A stretch of DNA of 64,000 nucleotides, from positions 64,001 to 128,000 of the forward strand of contig CAWHWX010000019.1 of NCBI GenBank assembly GCA_963833125.1, in the 5' to 3' direction. The position numbers and the translations under genes are program-made. Source of the DNA: Candidatus Bathyarchaeota archaeon (lineage in GTDB: Archaea; Thermoproteota; Bathyarchaeia; 40CM-2-53-6). The notes under the pieces were generated by a model. That model was given only the letters and a program-made list of their open reading frames with translations, had not been told where the DNA came from and made no database searches. Positions 50,534 through 61,500 of this stretch are shown one piece after another. Each line of letters opens with the position of its first letter. The first letter of the stretch is position 1.

Positions 50534-51531
50534 CGCCTCAAGCAGTCCTCAACCATGAAACTGCACCTACCGAAGGTGCATTAATTGAAGTGAAGAATCT
50601 CTCTGTAACGTACCAAACCCGCGCTGGCTACACGAAAGCCGTCGACGATATCTCCTTCACCATAAACAAAGGCGAGGTTCTAGGGCTAGCCGGAGAATCA
50701 GCGTGCGGAAAAACCACAACAGCTCTTTCACTAATTCGCCTTCTAGGCTCAAACGCCAAGACCGAGGGCGAGGTTCTCATAAATGGTCAGAACATCTTGA
50801 CGATGAGTCAAGAAGAGCTCCGGAATCTAAGATGGAAGCAAGTGTCTTTGATCCCTCAAGGGTCAATGAATTCGCTTGATCCCGTGATACCTATTGGCAA
50901 ACAAATAGTCGAAGCGATTTCTGCACATACGCGAGTTCCGAGAAGGCAAGCGTGGGAAATGGCAACCCAACTACTGTCATCAGTAGCCATCCACCCCTCA
51001 AGGGCAAGAAACTACCCCCACGAATTCAGCGGAGGAATGAAGCAGCGAACCGTGATCGCTATGGCTCTCGCGCTTAATCCGTTGCTCGTTATCGCAGACG
51101 AACCCACCACAGCGTTAGATGTCGTTGTTCAGAAGCAACTCCTCAACCTTTTGAAGGGGCTGCAGGCAAAACTCGGGGTCTCCTTTCTCTTCGTCACCCA
51201 TGACCTCTCGGTGATCGCCGAAATCGCAGATAGAATCGCAATAATGTATGCTGGCAGAATCGTTGAGATCGGCAAGAAAGACGATGTCTTGAAACATCCA
51301 TCGCATCCGTACACGGAAGCTCTTGTAAACTCAGTTCCGAAAGTCTTCGGTGATCGGCAGACTCTCAATTCGATTCCCGGAAATCCACCCACTGGAGTGT
51401 GGCCTACCGGCTGCAGATTCCATCCTCGATGCAAGTATGCCTGGGACCTGTGCAAGGAAAAAGAACCACAATTAATGAAATCAAAGACAGGATCCCAAGC
51501 CGCTTGCCATCTCATCTCGGCAAACGCTTAA
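50530..51531 (+). CDS. ABC transporter ATP-binding protein (DppD-like)
   Basis: GESACGKT, YPHEFSGGMKQR, IADEPTTALD, GCRFHPRC. Confidence 0.95.
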   Translation: MTPQAVLNHETAPTEGALIEVKNLSVTYQTRAGYTKAVDDISFTINKGEVLGLAGESACGKTTTALSLIRLLGSNAKTEGEVLINGQNILTMSQEELRNLRWKQVSLIPQGSMNSLDPVIPIGKQIVEAISAHTRVPRRQAWEMATQLLSSVAIHPSRARNYPHEFSGGMKQRTVIAMALALNPLLVIADEPTTALDVVVQKQLLNLLKGLQAKLGVSFLFVTHDLSVIAEIADRIAIMYAGRIVEIGKKDDVLKHPSHPYTEALVNSVPKVFGDRQTLNSIPGNPPTGVWPTGCRFHPRCKYAWDLCKEKEPQLMKSKTGSQAACHLISANA

Positions 51532-51584
51532 TGCGAGCCTGCACGCACGCTAAGGAACGCTAGCTGCCACCGAGTCAGAGCCAC

Positions 51585-52601
51585 TTGTCTAACGAACCAC
51601 ATCAAGAAACGGTAAGCAGAACCGAGACGCCTCCGATTCTAGAAGTTCGCGGTCTCAAGGTGTACTTTCAAAAGAGACAAGGCATTATTGGAAGAAGGAC
51701 AACAATCCATGCCGTTGACGACGTCACCTTAACTATCGCTCCAGGCGAAATCCTTTCACTTGTCGGCGAAAGCGGAAGCGGCAAATCAACCCTAGCCCGA
51801 ACAATAGTCAAATTGAACCAACCGACAAGCGGACAAATCCTCTACCACGGGCAAGACGTCTTCAAACAAACAAGAAAAGAAACTAAACAATTGCGAAGAC
51901 GAGTTCAAATGATATTTCAAGACCCATACGAGTCTCTCAATCCACATTCAACCGTATTCGACGCTATCGTTGAACCGAGTGTGATCCACGGCCTGGTATC
52001 ACGAAACAAGCGAGACCGTGGCGTTATCGTGGAGAGAATGCTCAAGCTAGTGGGACTAGACGCCGCAACAAAGATGGACCGATACCCACACCAACTAAGT
52101 GGAGGCGAGAGGCAGAGGGTCGCAATTGCCCGCGCCCTATCTCTCGAACCCGACCTGTTGATTGCTGACGAACCTGTTTCGATGTTGGATGTTTCGATAA
52201 GACTCGGCATTCTGCATCTATTGCAAACCCTCAAGAAAGAACTGAACCTGACCTACCTATTCATTACGCATGATCTTGGAGTGGCAAGATACATCAGTGC
52301 CAGAATCGCGGTAATGTATTTCGGTAAAATCGTTGAGGTGGCTGAGACAGACGAGCTCATCAACCATCCCCTCCATCACTACACAAATCTTCTCCTAGCC
52401 TCCGTTCCGGGTTCAGACAATTCTGTGGTAGACGCGAAGCTTGATGTTGAGTACGCCTCGAATTTGGCGGATCCACCGTCAGGTTGCAGATTTCATCCTC
52501 GCTGCCCTTATGCGAAAGAGAAATGCGCTGTCGAGGAGCCTAAGCTTGTTGAACTAAGGAATGGACATTATGCTGCTTGCCATTATCCACTGCAAGAATA
52601 G
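51585..52601 (+). CDS. ABC transporter ATP-binding protein (DppF-like)
   Basis: GESGSGKST, YPHQLSGGERQR, ADEPVSMLD, GCRFHPRC. Confidence 0.95.
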   Translation: MSNEPHQETVSRTETPPILEVRGLKVYFQKRQGIIGRRTTIHAVDDVTLTIAPGEILSLVGESGSGKSTLARTIVKLNQPTSGQILYHGQDVFKQTRKETKQLRRRVQMIFQDPYESLNPHSTVFDAIVEPSVIHGLVSRNKRDRGVIVERMLKLVGLDAATKMDRYPHQLSGGERQRVAIARALSLEPDLLIADEPVSMLDVSIRLGILHLLQTLKKELNLTYLFITHDLGVARYISARIAVMYFGKIVEVAETDELINHPLHHYTNLLLASVPGSDNSVVDAKLDVEYASNLADPPSGCRFHPRCPYAKEKCAVEEPKLVELRNGHYAACHYPLQE

Positions 52602-52633
52602 TGACGATAAATGGTCCGTGTGAGTACTAGACC

Positions 52634-53612
52634 ATGAACCGTGAGACGGTGGTTGTAAACGAAGACTGGAGTTACAGGGGCATTCGGTCCGTTGTGCTCG
52701 AAAACGAATTTGTTCGTTTGCTCGTTTTTCCTGAACTAGGCGCCAAGATATACGACCTGATCTACAAACCCTTTCAAAAGAACGTGCTGTGGCATAACCC
52801 TCGAATCAACCCAGCCAAAGTTCCATTGGGAACGGCGTTCGATGATGTCTGGTGTGGGGGATGGGATGAGATCTTTCCGAATGATGCTCCATGCAATGTC
52901 AATGGAGAACGATACCCTGACATGGGTGAGGCATGGTCAACAACTTGGAGTTACTCGATAATCAGGCCAGAGGGCCATCCTGAAACAGCCACCTTGATAA
53001 CCTCCGCAACGACACCAATTACGCCGTGCAGACTCACACGCTTTCTAACAATCCGTGCAGGCGAACCCAAAATACACCTACGATACTTGCTGGAGAACGT
53101 TGGCCAAGATGCCCTGAAATTCTTATGGAAGATTCATCCCTGCGTTTCAAATCAATGAAACCTGCAGTATCGAGATATTCTGCGAAGACAGGAATCGTTG
53201 ACCCACGTTACATCATCTGTACGCAAAGTCCAGCCACAGATATTCATGGCCCAATGCCGAAAGCAAGGAAGGACAGCGAATTGATTTGAGCAAGGTGCCG
53301 TCTCCGACCGCGCATACCTGTAGCCTTCACTACGTGACCGACCTCGAAGACGGGGCAGTCAAGCTGATGAATCCGAAGGATAATGTGGACGTGAAAATCA
53401 GTTTCCCTAAACAGGTTCTGAATAACATTTGGCTATTCCTAGCCTACGGAGGGTACAGATCATTGTACACTGCAGTAATCGAACCCAGCACAAGCTACCC
53501 TTACGACTTAGCGCAGGCGATAAGTGAAGGACGCACGTCACATCTCGACCCCGGCAAGAGCATGAATTGCGACATAGACGTCGAATTGTCACCACATTCA
53601 AAACCGATCTAA
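52634..53612 (+). CDS. Galactose-mutarotase-like (aldose 1-epimerase superfamily) protein, frameshifted
   Basis: LENE..PELGAKI, GGWDEIFPN, FLWKIHP, WLFLAYGGYR..IEP. Confidence 0.8.
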
Positions 53613-53628
53613 CTAGAGCCGGAGTAGA

Positions 53629-55023
53629 CTAGTTAGCCGAAGCGGGTGCGGGCGCCTTACCCGAACTTGCCACCGCTAATACCTGCTCGAGACTCTCGCT
53701 AAATCTGGTCATCATAGTATCGATTTCATTGTTCTCGATGATTAGAGGTGGCGCGAAAGCAATCCAGTTGGGATCGTGCCTCAGAATCACCCCGTTCTTC
53801 AGGGCCGTCCTCCCTACTCGAGTACCGAAACGGAAGCTTTCGTCAAATTGGGCTTTGGTTTTCCGATCTTGCACGAACTCAGCGCCGATCATGAGCCCCT
53901 TTCCGTGAATATCACCGATAACGCCTAGTCCATCCAATTCTTGTAATCGCTTGATGACTCTCGTGCCGCTCTCCCGGGCTTTGTGTGGGAGGTCTCTTTC
54001 CTTGATTTCGTTAATGCTCGCAATTGCAGCTGCGCATGACACTGGATTGCCGCCGAATGTGTGCCCGTGGTTGAATTGAACCTGTTCCTCTTCGCTTCCA
54101 AGGAAGGAGTCAGCAATTTTATCGCTGAAGGCTATCCCACCGATTGGAGCGTAGCCGCTGGCCATTCCCTTGCCCATGCAGATAATGTCAGGAGTTGTTC
54201 CGAAGGTTTGTGCGGCAAACATTTCTCCTGTCCTGCCAAAGCCTGTGATTACCTCATCAAAGATTAGGAGAATGCCGAACTTGTCACATATCTCCCGCAA
54301 AATTCTGAAATACGAATCCGGCGGTGTTACGATTCCACCTGTATTGCTGATCGGTTCTATGATGAAGGCGGAGACCGTGGAAGGATCTTCTTTCTTCACT
54401 ATTTGCTCGACGATTGTGGCGCATAAAACGTCACAGTCGGGGTAGTTCAATCCATACGGGCACCGGTAGCAGGTCGGTGGAAAGACGTGAATGTACCCGG
54501 GGCCAATTGGCTCAAACGCTGTCTTCCTCCGGGTTACGCCGGATGCACCGAGCGCGCCCATAGTGGCTCCATGGTACCCGTCATAGAGGGAGATCACTTT
54601 GTACTTGCCGGGATTTCCGGTCTGTTCGTGATATTGTCTTGCAAGCTTCATCGCGCCCTCAGTTGCTTCCGAACCTCCGCTGAAGAACTTGACCGTGCGT
54701 AGATCTCCTGGGGTTAGAGTGGCGATTAATTCTGCCAGTTGAAGTGCTCTTAGATTTGTTGATTGGAGTGGGGGATTGAATGCAAGTTGATCGAGCTGTT
54801 CCTTCATGGCGTGGATTATTCGCGAATTGCCGTGGCCAGCGTTCACGACGAAAATTCCTGATATGCCGTCCAAGTACTTATTCCCGTTCACATCCTCATA
54901 CCAGACTCCTTTGGCGCTCTTCATAATGAGAGGATGTTTCGAGAATTCCTTCATCTGCATGAAATCGAGGAAAAGATGTTCGTACGTTGAGTTGCCGAAA
55001 GTTTCTTTTTGAGGCGAGGCCAT
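53629..55023 (-). CDS. Class III (omega-amino acid/amine) PLP aminotransferase
   Basis: YLDGISG..VNAGHG, SGGSEATE, YHGAT, FIIEPI, FDEVITGFGRTG, GKGMASGY, HGHTFGGNP; likely start ATG 55023. Confidence 0.93.
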   Translation of the reverse strand: MASPQKETFGNSTYEHLFLDFMQMKEFSKHPLIMKSAKGVWYEDVNGNKYLDGISGIFVVNAGHGNSRIIHAMKEQLDQLAFNPPLQSTNLRALQLAELIATLTPGDLRTVKFFSGGSEATEGAMKLARQYHEQTGNPGKYKVISLYDGYHGATMGALGASGVTRRKTAFEPIGPGYIHVFPPTCYRCPYGLNYPDCDVLCATIVEQIVKKEDPSTVSAFIIEPISNTGGIVTPPDSYFRILREICDKFGILLIFDEVITGFGRTGEMFAAQTFGTTPDIICMGKGMASGYAPIGGIAFSDKIADSFLGSEEEQVQFNHGHTFGGNPVSCAAAIASINEIKERDLPHKARESGTRVIKRLQELDGLGVIGDIHGKGLMIGAEFVQDRKTKAQFDESFRFGTRVGRTALKNGVILRHDPNWIAFAPPLIIENNEIDTMMTRFSESLEQVLAVASSGKAPAPASAN

Positions 55024-55160
55024 CTCAGGCATATCCCAAGTTGTTCTGCGTAAGGACGGATTTATTTCTGCTTGCTGAAAACTCCAAGACGACGGAGCTG
55101 TACCGGAATCGGGAAATGTTTCACTTTCGAAGTCTGATTGCACGAGAAACCGCTTAATAT

Positions 55161-55785
55161 GTGACGAACCAATCGCCACGAGCGGTTAACATGGACGAAA
55201 CCAAGCTGAGAGAAGATCTTCTAACGGTAACGAAAAAAGTCGCAGAGCGCGGCTGGGCGCCCGGCAGCAGCGGAAACACCAGCGTAAGAATACCCGACAC
55301 CAATAGTTTTCTGATAAAAGCCTCTGGAGAGGCCATGACGTGGACTACTTCAGAGGCGCTTCTCAAGATTGATCCTGCTGGCAAGATTCTTACAGGCGAG
55401 GGTCGACCCTCGAAAGAGGTAGGTTTCCATCTGGGTATCTACTCCAAACGACCTGATGTCGGGGGTATAGTGCACGCACATCCCCCATACGCCACATCTT
55501 GGGCGATAGCCGGCACAGTCTTTCCACTTGTAACCGCTCCCTCCAAGGTTTGGTTGAAGAGAATTCCTATGGTCGAACGGGCGCCATCGGGCTCTGCCGA
55601 ATTGGCTGGGATGGTTACCGAGGCGTTTCAGGATGAATCGGTGCGAGTGGTCCTGATGAAAGGGCATGGGGTTGTAGCCGCAGGCAAAACGATCTTCGAA
55701 GCCTTCAATTTTGTTGACTGGGCGGAGGACTGTGGCGAGGGCCGCAGTGTTCACCGGTCTCATCGCTAACCTGCCGAAGAGCTAG
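55161..55785 (+). CDS. Class II aldolase/epimerase (FucA/AraD-like)
   Basis: SGNTSVR, IKASG, PSKE..FH..IY..RPDV..IVHAHP, LMKGHGVV; C-terminal indel. Confidence 0.9.
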
Positions 55786-55787
55786 CT

Positions 55788-57309
55788 ATGCCTGCAGATC
55801 TCCTGCTGGGGGTCGATGTCGGTTCAACCCGAATGAAAGCAGCCCTATTCGATACGGAAGGGCGGCAAGTTGCATTAACTTACGATGAATACCCCATCCT
55901 ACATAACGAACCGTTAGCCGGGGAACACGGCGCGGCGAATTGGTTATCATCATTCAAGAGTGTAGTTCGTAGAGTAATTCGCAAAGGACTGCGTTCCTGC
56001 GAAGCAAATCGTGGCGGTGTCAGTCGACTGCCTATGCCCGTCCCTGATCCCAGTAAACCGGAATGGCAACCCACTCATGAATTCGATTTTCTTCATGGAC
56101 CGCAGAAGCATAGCTCAAGCAAACTGGATGGAGAGAGAAATCGGAAGTCAGAAGTTCTTCGGGACCACAGGAAACAGGATTTCTCACTCAGCCTACTCCG
56201 CGCCAATAATGCTGTGGATAAAAAGAACCCGTCCACGGGTCTATGCGAAGACGTTCAAGTTCCTGCACGGAAACGGATTCCTGGAGGCGTATCTGACGAA
56301 TGAATTCACAATGGATTGGTCGAACGCCTCCTTTACTCTCCTTTTCGAAACGAGAGATCGGAAGCGATGGTCGTCCAAACTTTGCGAAGAAGTCGGCATT
56401 CCTCTCGATAAGCTACCCGATCTGAAGGCGCCGTGGGATGTGATAGGAGAAGTAACTCAGACTGCAGCCCGGGAAACAGGTCTAGCAAGAGGCACGCCGG
56501 TAATTGCGGGCGGTGCAGATACCGCTTGTGCAGCCCTAGGGGTCGGAGCGGTCGACGGCGGCGATGCGATGGAGGATGGTGGAACAGCTACAAAACTCGC
56601 GGTTTGTTTGAGCAAACCAAACTTTCCAACGGGAACACTAAACAGATGTCATGTTACCCCGGACCGTTGGTTGGCCGTTGCCGCATCGAGCACTACGGGC
56701 GGGTTGCTCAGGTGGGTTAAGGATTTGCTGGGAGGATACCGTGCATCGGCCCGTGGTAACGTTTACGCGTTAATGGACGCAGATGCGGAGAAGTCACCGC
56801 CAGGGGCCAATGGTCTGATCGTATTACCGTATTTTGCTCCTGGAGGAGAACGCTCTCCGATATGGGACCCATACGCGCATGGCGTTATCTTTGGGCTGAA
56901 TCTCTCCCATCAGAGGCGAGATCTTGTGCGAGCGGTTCTTGAAGCTTCAGCCTACGCGACGAGACATAACCTCGAGATGATAGAGCGACAAGGAATCAAG
57001 GTGCGCAAAATCCGACTCTCAGGCGGCCAAGCGAGAAGCGAACTTTGGAGAAGAATCAAGGCAGATGTGACAAGGAAAACGGTGGAGCTCACCTCACACG
57101 TCGAAGCTACCGTCTTCGGCACAGCACTGTTAGCAGGATACGGTTCCGGCGTATTCTCTAACCTTCCTGGCACGACCAAAGGCCTTGTACGCATAAGAGA
57201 TACGAAGCGGCCTGATCCTAGAACCGCTCAAGTCTATGGAAACGCTTTCTCGACATACAAGAACGTATACGATAGACTCAGACCCGAGTTCGAAAGAGCC
57301 TATTCGTAA
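55788..57309 (+). CDS. FGGY-family carbohydrate kinase (xylulokinase-like; frameshift near 55990)
   Basis: LGVDVGST, GGADTACAALG, LPYF..GERSPIWD, RAVLE, SGGQARSELW. Confidence 0.92.
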
Positions 57310-57355
57310 CCTAGATTGAAGCATCTCTAAATTGGGGAATAGCGAAGTAGACCCC

Positions 57356-57853
57356 ATGGCAAGTAATGATAGTGTTGTTTTTCGACCTGTAGGCATCGTT
57401 CGAACCAGTGGTTCCGACGACGATGTGAGGTTTCGAAGCAAGGAAACTGAGTCAACAATCGAGATATTCCCCGAATTTCGGGACGCGATAGATGGTTTGC
57501 AGGGATTCTCACATATTTTCGTCCTGAGTTACTTGAACAAATTAAGACCTGATCAGACGGGGGTCTTGAAGGTTAAACCCAGAAGGTTACTAGCGAAAGG
57601 CTTCAAGCTTGAAGAATTGCCGCTGGTGGGCGTATTCGCTATTGATTCCCCCACTCGTCCTAACCCAATCGGGCTGACACTAGCTAAGCTCGTGAAGATT
57701 GATGGAGGGAAGCTAGTGGTCCGTGGCTTGGATTTCTTTGACGGAACACCTGTACTGGATATCAAACCGTACCGAGGGGACTACAGGGCTGAAGATTACA
57801 AACTGGCGGATTGGTACAGCAAGCTACGGGCGAAAGCAGGAGAAGACGTCTAA
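57356..57853 (+). CDS. tsaA: TsaA/TrmO-family tRNA m6t6A methyltransferase
   Basis: FRPVG, GLQGFSHI, GVFA..SP.RPNPIGLT, GLD..DGTPVLDIKPY. Confidence 0.9.
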   Translation: MASNDSVVFRPVGIVRTSGSDDDVRFRSKETESTIEIFPEFRDAIDGLQGFSHIFVLSYLNKLRPDQTGVLKVKPRRLLAKGFKLEELPLVGVFAIDSPTRPNPIGLTLAKLVKIDGGKLVVRGLDFFDGTPVLDIKPYRGDYRAEDYKLADWYSKLRAKAGEDV

Positions 57854-58124
57854 CCTTCTGCCACTAAGCGAATCTAACACTCCCTTGATCGATCGAGTTT
57901 GAACCGTGAGAACCCGGACAGGTTGATGCGTGGGCTCGTTGCCACAGAGCCTGGCTTCGGTAGGAAATGGGGTTCAACGGATGTTAAAGGATGTCTTGTC
58001 AATTTACTGACTGACCCTCCACTCTGAATCATCGAACCTGGCAATGATTGATAGGTCTGGATGATTCGTACGCAATTTCTTTTATCAAGAAAATACACGT
58101 TGCGCGTTGAAGGTGAAGAAAAAA

Positions 58125-58268
58125 ATGCCTGCTATAATTGGCCTACTCTTTGTGGGCTTAGTGATTAGAGCAATCCTAGGTGCGGCCATTGTTGTGGCAG
58201 TGGTGTTGCTCGCGTGGAAGCTCGGGAAATTGGCCGACGCCTATACACACAAACTGACAACCAAATAA
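58125..58268 (+). CDS. Small 47-aa membrane protein (missed by the ORF track)
   Basis: MPAIIGLLFVGLVIRAILGAAIVVAVVLLAWKLGKLADAYTHKLTTK; RBS AGGTGA at 58111-58116; T-tract near 58312. Confidence 0.7.
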   Translation: MPAIIGLLFVGLVIRAILGAAIVVAVVLLAWKLGKLADAYTHKLTTK

Positions 58269-58435
58269 TCACACAAACCAGAACTTGGAAAACTGCTCTC
58301 AAAAGCCCCAGTTTTTTTGGGCAAGAATTTTCGTATATGCTTACGTACTATCATTCGGAAATTGAGAGGCGGGATTTCATCATGAATCCAAAGGAATTAG
58401 CGTAAAATATGCCTCTTTTCCGGTAATTACATTAC

Positions 58436-58549
58436 ATCATATGCCGGCATATGATTTCATGTAACTCGGCAATGATGCTTCTGGGTTTCGACTGTTCATT
58501 TAATAAAGCACTAGCTCGCCCTAGCGATTTTTTGCGTAACAATTACGCA
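58436..58549. promoter_or_regulatory. Palindromic operator-like sites and TATA box upstream of the large surface-protein gene
   Basis: Perfect 20-bp palindrome ATCATATGCCGGCATATGAT (58436-58455); TTTAATAA at about 58499-58506; inverted repeat TGCGTAA-caa-TTACGCA (58533-58549). Confidence 0.55.
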
Positions 58550-58577
58550 TAAATGAGAATAAAGGAGATATGAAAAT

Positions 58578-61500
58578 TTGCGTAAGAAATTAGTTGCAAC
58601 GCTAACAATCGCTATTTTCCTAATTAGCACATTAGCGGTGATTGTTCCAACTCAAGCGCATTTCACGTTGGGTAATCTGTCGGGAACTTCCCCGTACGAC
58701 ATTAACAACTTTGATCCGCACGTCGCTGGGCCTATTGGTTATGTTTGGCCTGGCAGCGGTCAATGTGCGTATCAGGGTATCCCGAACCAGGCAAACAGTA
58801 ACTGTTCGCCTGGTTATCAGTCACCTTACCCGAACGGTAATCCTCCGGGTGCACCGAGCAATTCTTGGTATCAGCTTCAAGGGGACACGTATGCCCCATT
58901 CGGAGCGGTACTAACGAGCTCGACGGGTGACCTGATCTTCGCAATAAACGCTACCTGCACACCGTCACAATGGAAGTCCGGATGCAATGGTAATACTAAG
59001 ACTGAAATTCAGTCAACGCTAAAAGACAATTACGGTTGGGACACGTTAAGCATAATGATCCCACCGGAATTCACGGTCAAGGATGCATCCCAAATCGTAT
59101 CCACCCTGACGAACAATTACGCCAACGTATGGGTGGGCAGGCTCTCACCAGACGATAGATATGCGCCAGGCTGGACCCTAGTCCTGATACAAGCAGACGC
59201 TATCATAAACCCCGGATACAACCATCAATTCCTGAACTTTACAAGCGCTGGTGAATGGTACTACGTAAGAATCAACGGAGTAACAGCACCAGCAACAGCT
59301 GGAAGATACTTCTTCAAAATGTTCCTTTACTCAAACCTAGCTTCAGGTTCTAACCAGTACGGTGTCGGCCCAACCCTAGCAGCATCTGGCGGAGCCAGTG
59401 GCGGAGAGAATCCAGACGTTTGGGTACCGCCCCAAAACTGGCCAGTCATGCTGGTCAAGGGTGAGACCGACCCAGCCATTGTAACCGGAACTATCCGGTA
59501 TGCTGGCTACAACTCAACCCTATACGGGCAACCGATCGCTGAGGCTGGAACGGTTTGGGCGAACATGACTATGCGAATCGACCCATACACCGGCCAAAAC
59601 CGACCCGACCTACCAACCATTAACGCACAAGCATTCATCAACAACACCTCGAACGGCCACTATGAACTAGAAGGCATGGCACCAGGCGTTTACGATATCT
59701 ACGCTTCCGCAGCTGGATACCCACAAGCGCTTTGCGAGAGTGGAATAACGGTCCTGAAGGGACAGTCCCTTCACTTCGACTGTTACCTCCAACCAGGGCC
59801 AGTGATTCACGGCAACGTGTTCACGAAGCACCAATTCGGTGACGAACCGTGGCCATCATCGACGGATTCTGGAGTCGGTGTCAGCTCCGCGACTGTGGGT
59901 CAATACATCAAGATTGAACTCTACTCAGCCGCGACTCTAAGCAACCTAGTTGACCCAAGCGCCGGCAGCCCAGTCTCATGGTCCCCGCTACCATGCACCG
60001 GCGGGAGGCCAAGAGAAGTACTATGGCCGCCGCGCAGCAGGACTCTGCGGCGACCCGCGCCTTGGAAGTTTAATTGCGTTTCCATGGCATGAGTATGCCC
60101 CGAACAGCCTCGGCCCAGCATACAACGACGTACCAAACCCATTCACCGGAACAACGAACGGCTACACACGCGACGTTTCGTGGAGCAACAAGTGTGCACC
60201 AGGCAGTAACCCTGGAAACCTCGGAAATGCCGCTACCTGCACCTTCCTAACCTCAGACCCTGAAGGTGTCGGTCCACCACAACAATGGTATGTGGCTGGC
60301 GGTACTACGACTCCGTTCCACTTTGAGTTTGGTTTGAAGGGTGAGTACGGTGCTCCCCAAGGCCTGTCCGGCGAGGTGCCGCAGGTTTACGCTACTTGGA
60401 TCAACGGTCTCACAGCAGGCAGGTACTATGTACGTGCTTGGGTCTTCCGTTACGTTCAGACAGCCCTGGACGGTTCTACCTTCCAGGAGTACTACTTTGA
60501 CGTAACACCTAACGAGTGGGCGGGTGACGTTACATTGCCTCTTGACCTACGCTTAAGCAGCTGGGTTAACAAGACAGTGTACTTCCACGACACACCAAAC
60601 ACGATCACAACCAGTCCAATCCACAGTGGCGCAGGTTACCTTTGGGGTAACTTGATAGGCGCTGACGGGCACGTATACGCTCACAATGTAACCAACCTAG
60701 GATACAACGACAAATACTACCAAAACTGCGCCTACGATGTTAACTCCAACGGGAGACAATCCGATAACCTGGGAACTTTCGTGAGCTACAATGGGTTCCT
60801 CGGCTCCGGCGAAACAGGCGCACCGACGCAAGCCTGTCCAGGCGCAACTGACCAACTCGACAGAGCTCACCTCAACAAAGATGCCATTGCGACCGGTAGA
60901 GCTGTTATACAATTCTGGGGCCTCAACGATACATGGGGTGGCGAGAACTACGGCATCCCATCTGGGACATACACTCCGAACGTGGCCACAAATGGCTACT
61001 ACAGCCCAACGCCGTTAGAACAGGTATCGGTAACGCTAAGCGGTAACCCAACACTCGTCAGCGACCACCTCTTCCTAGCGCCAGGCTTCAACGTATCAGT
61101 ATACAGCATTGACTGGGAACGACCCGGGTCAGCAGGAACTGGGTATGGTCCGGATGCCAAGACGGAATGGCGTTCGGCCTCGCAACTGGTAAGGGCAACA
61201 TCGGCAGCGGCAACGCCGGCAAAGATAACGGCTGTCTAGGGTCAGAGATCGACCTAGGCTTCTACCCGGTAGTGAACGGCACTGCGGGCAAGGTCTGGGA
61301 CACGGCCGGTGACGTCTCTAGTGTCTTCTACCTACCACCAAGCATCTTCACCACACATCTGTACCAAGGTCCAGAAGGAATAGACTGCTTTAACCCATCA
61401 CAGACCGACGGCTTCAAGGATCCTCTGGGACCACAGCCCTACTCCTTCAATTGCAGTGAAATGGATGGCGGTGGACGCAACGTACTACAAGGATTCAGTA

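Noticed and set aside
55024-55179. N-terminal extension of the class III aminotransferase
   Set aside because: It would overlap the divergent aldolase start and leave no promoter space; ATG 55023 fits better.
58270-58577. Replication origin
   Set aside because: AT-rich with palindromes, but there are no ORB-like repeats with G-strings and no adjacent orc1/cdc6.
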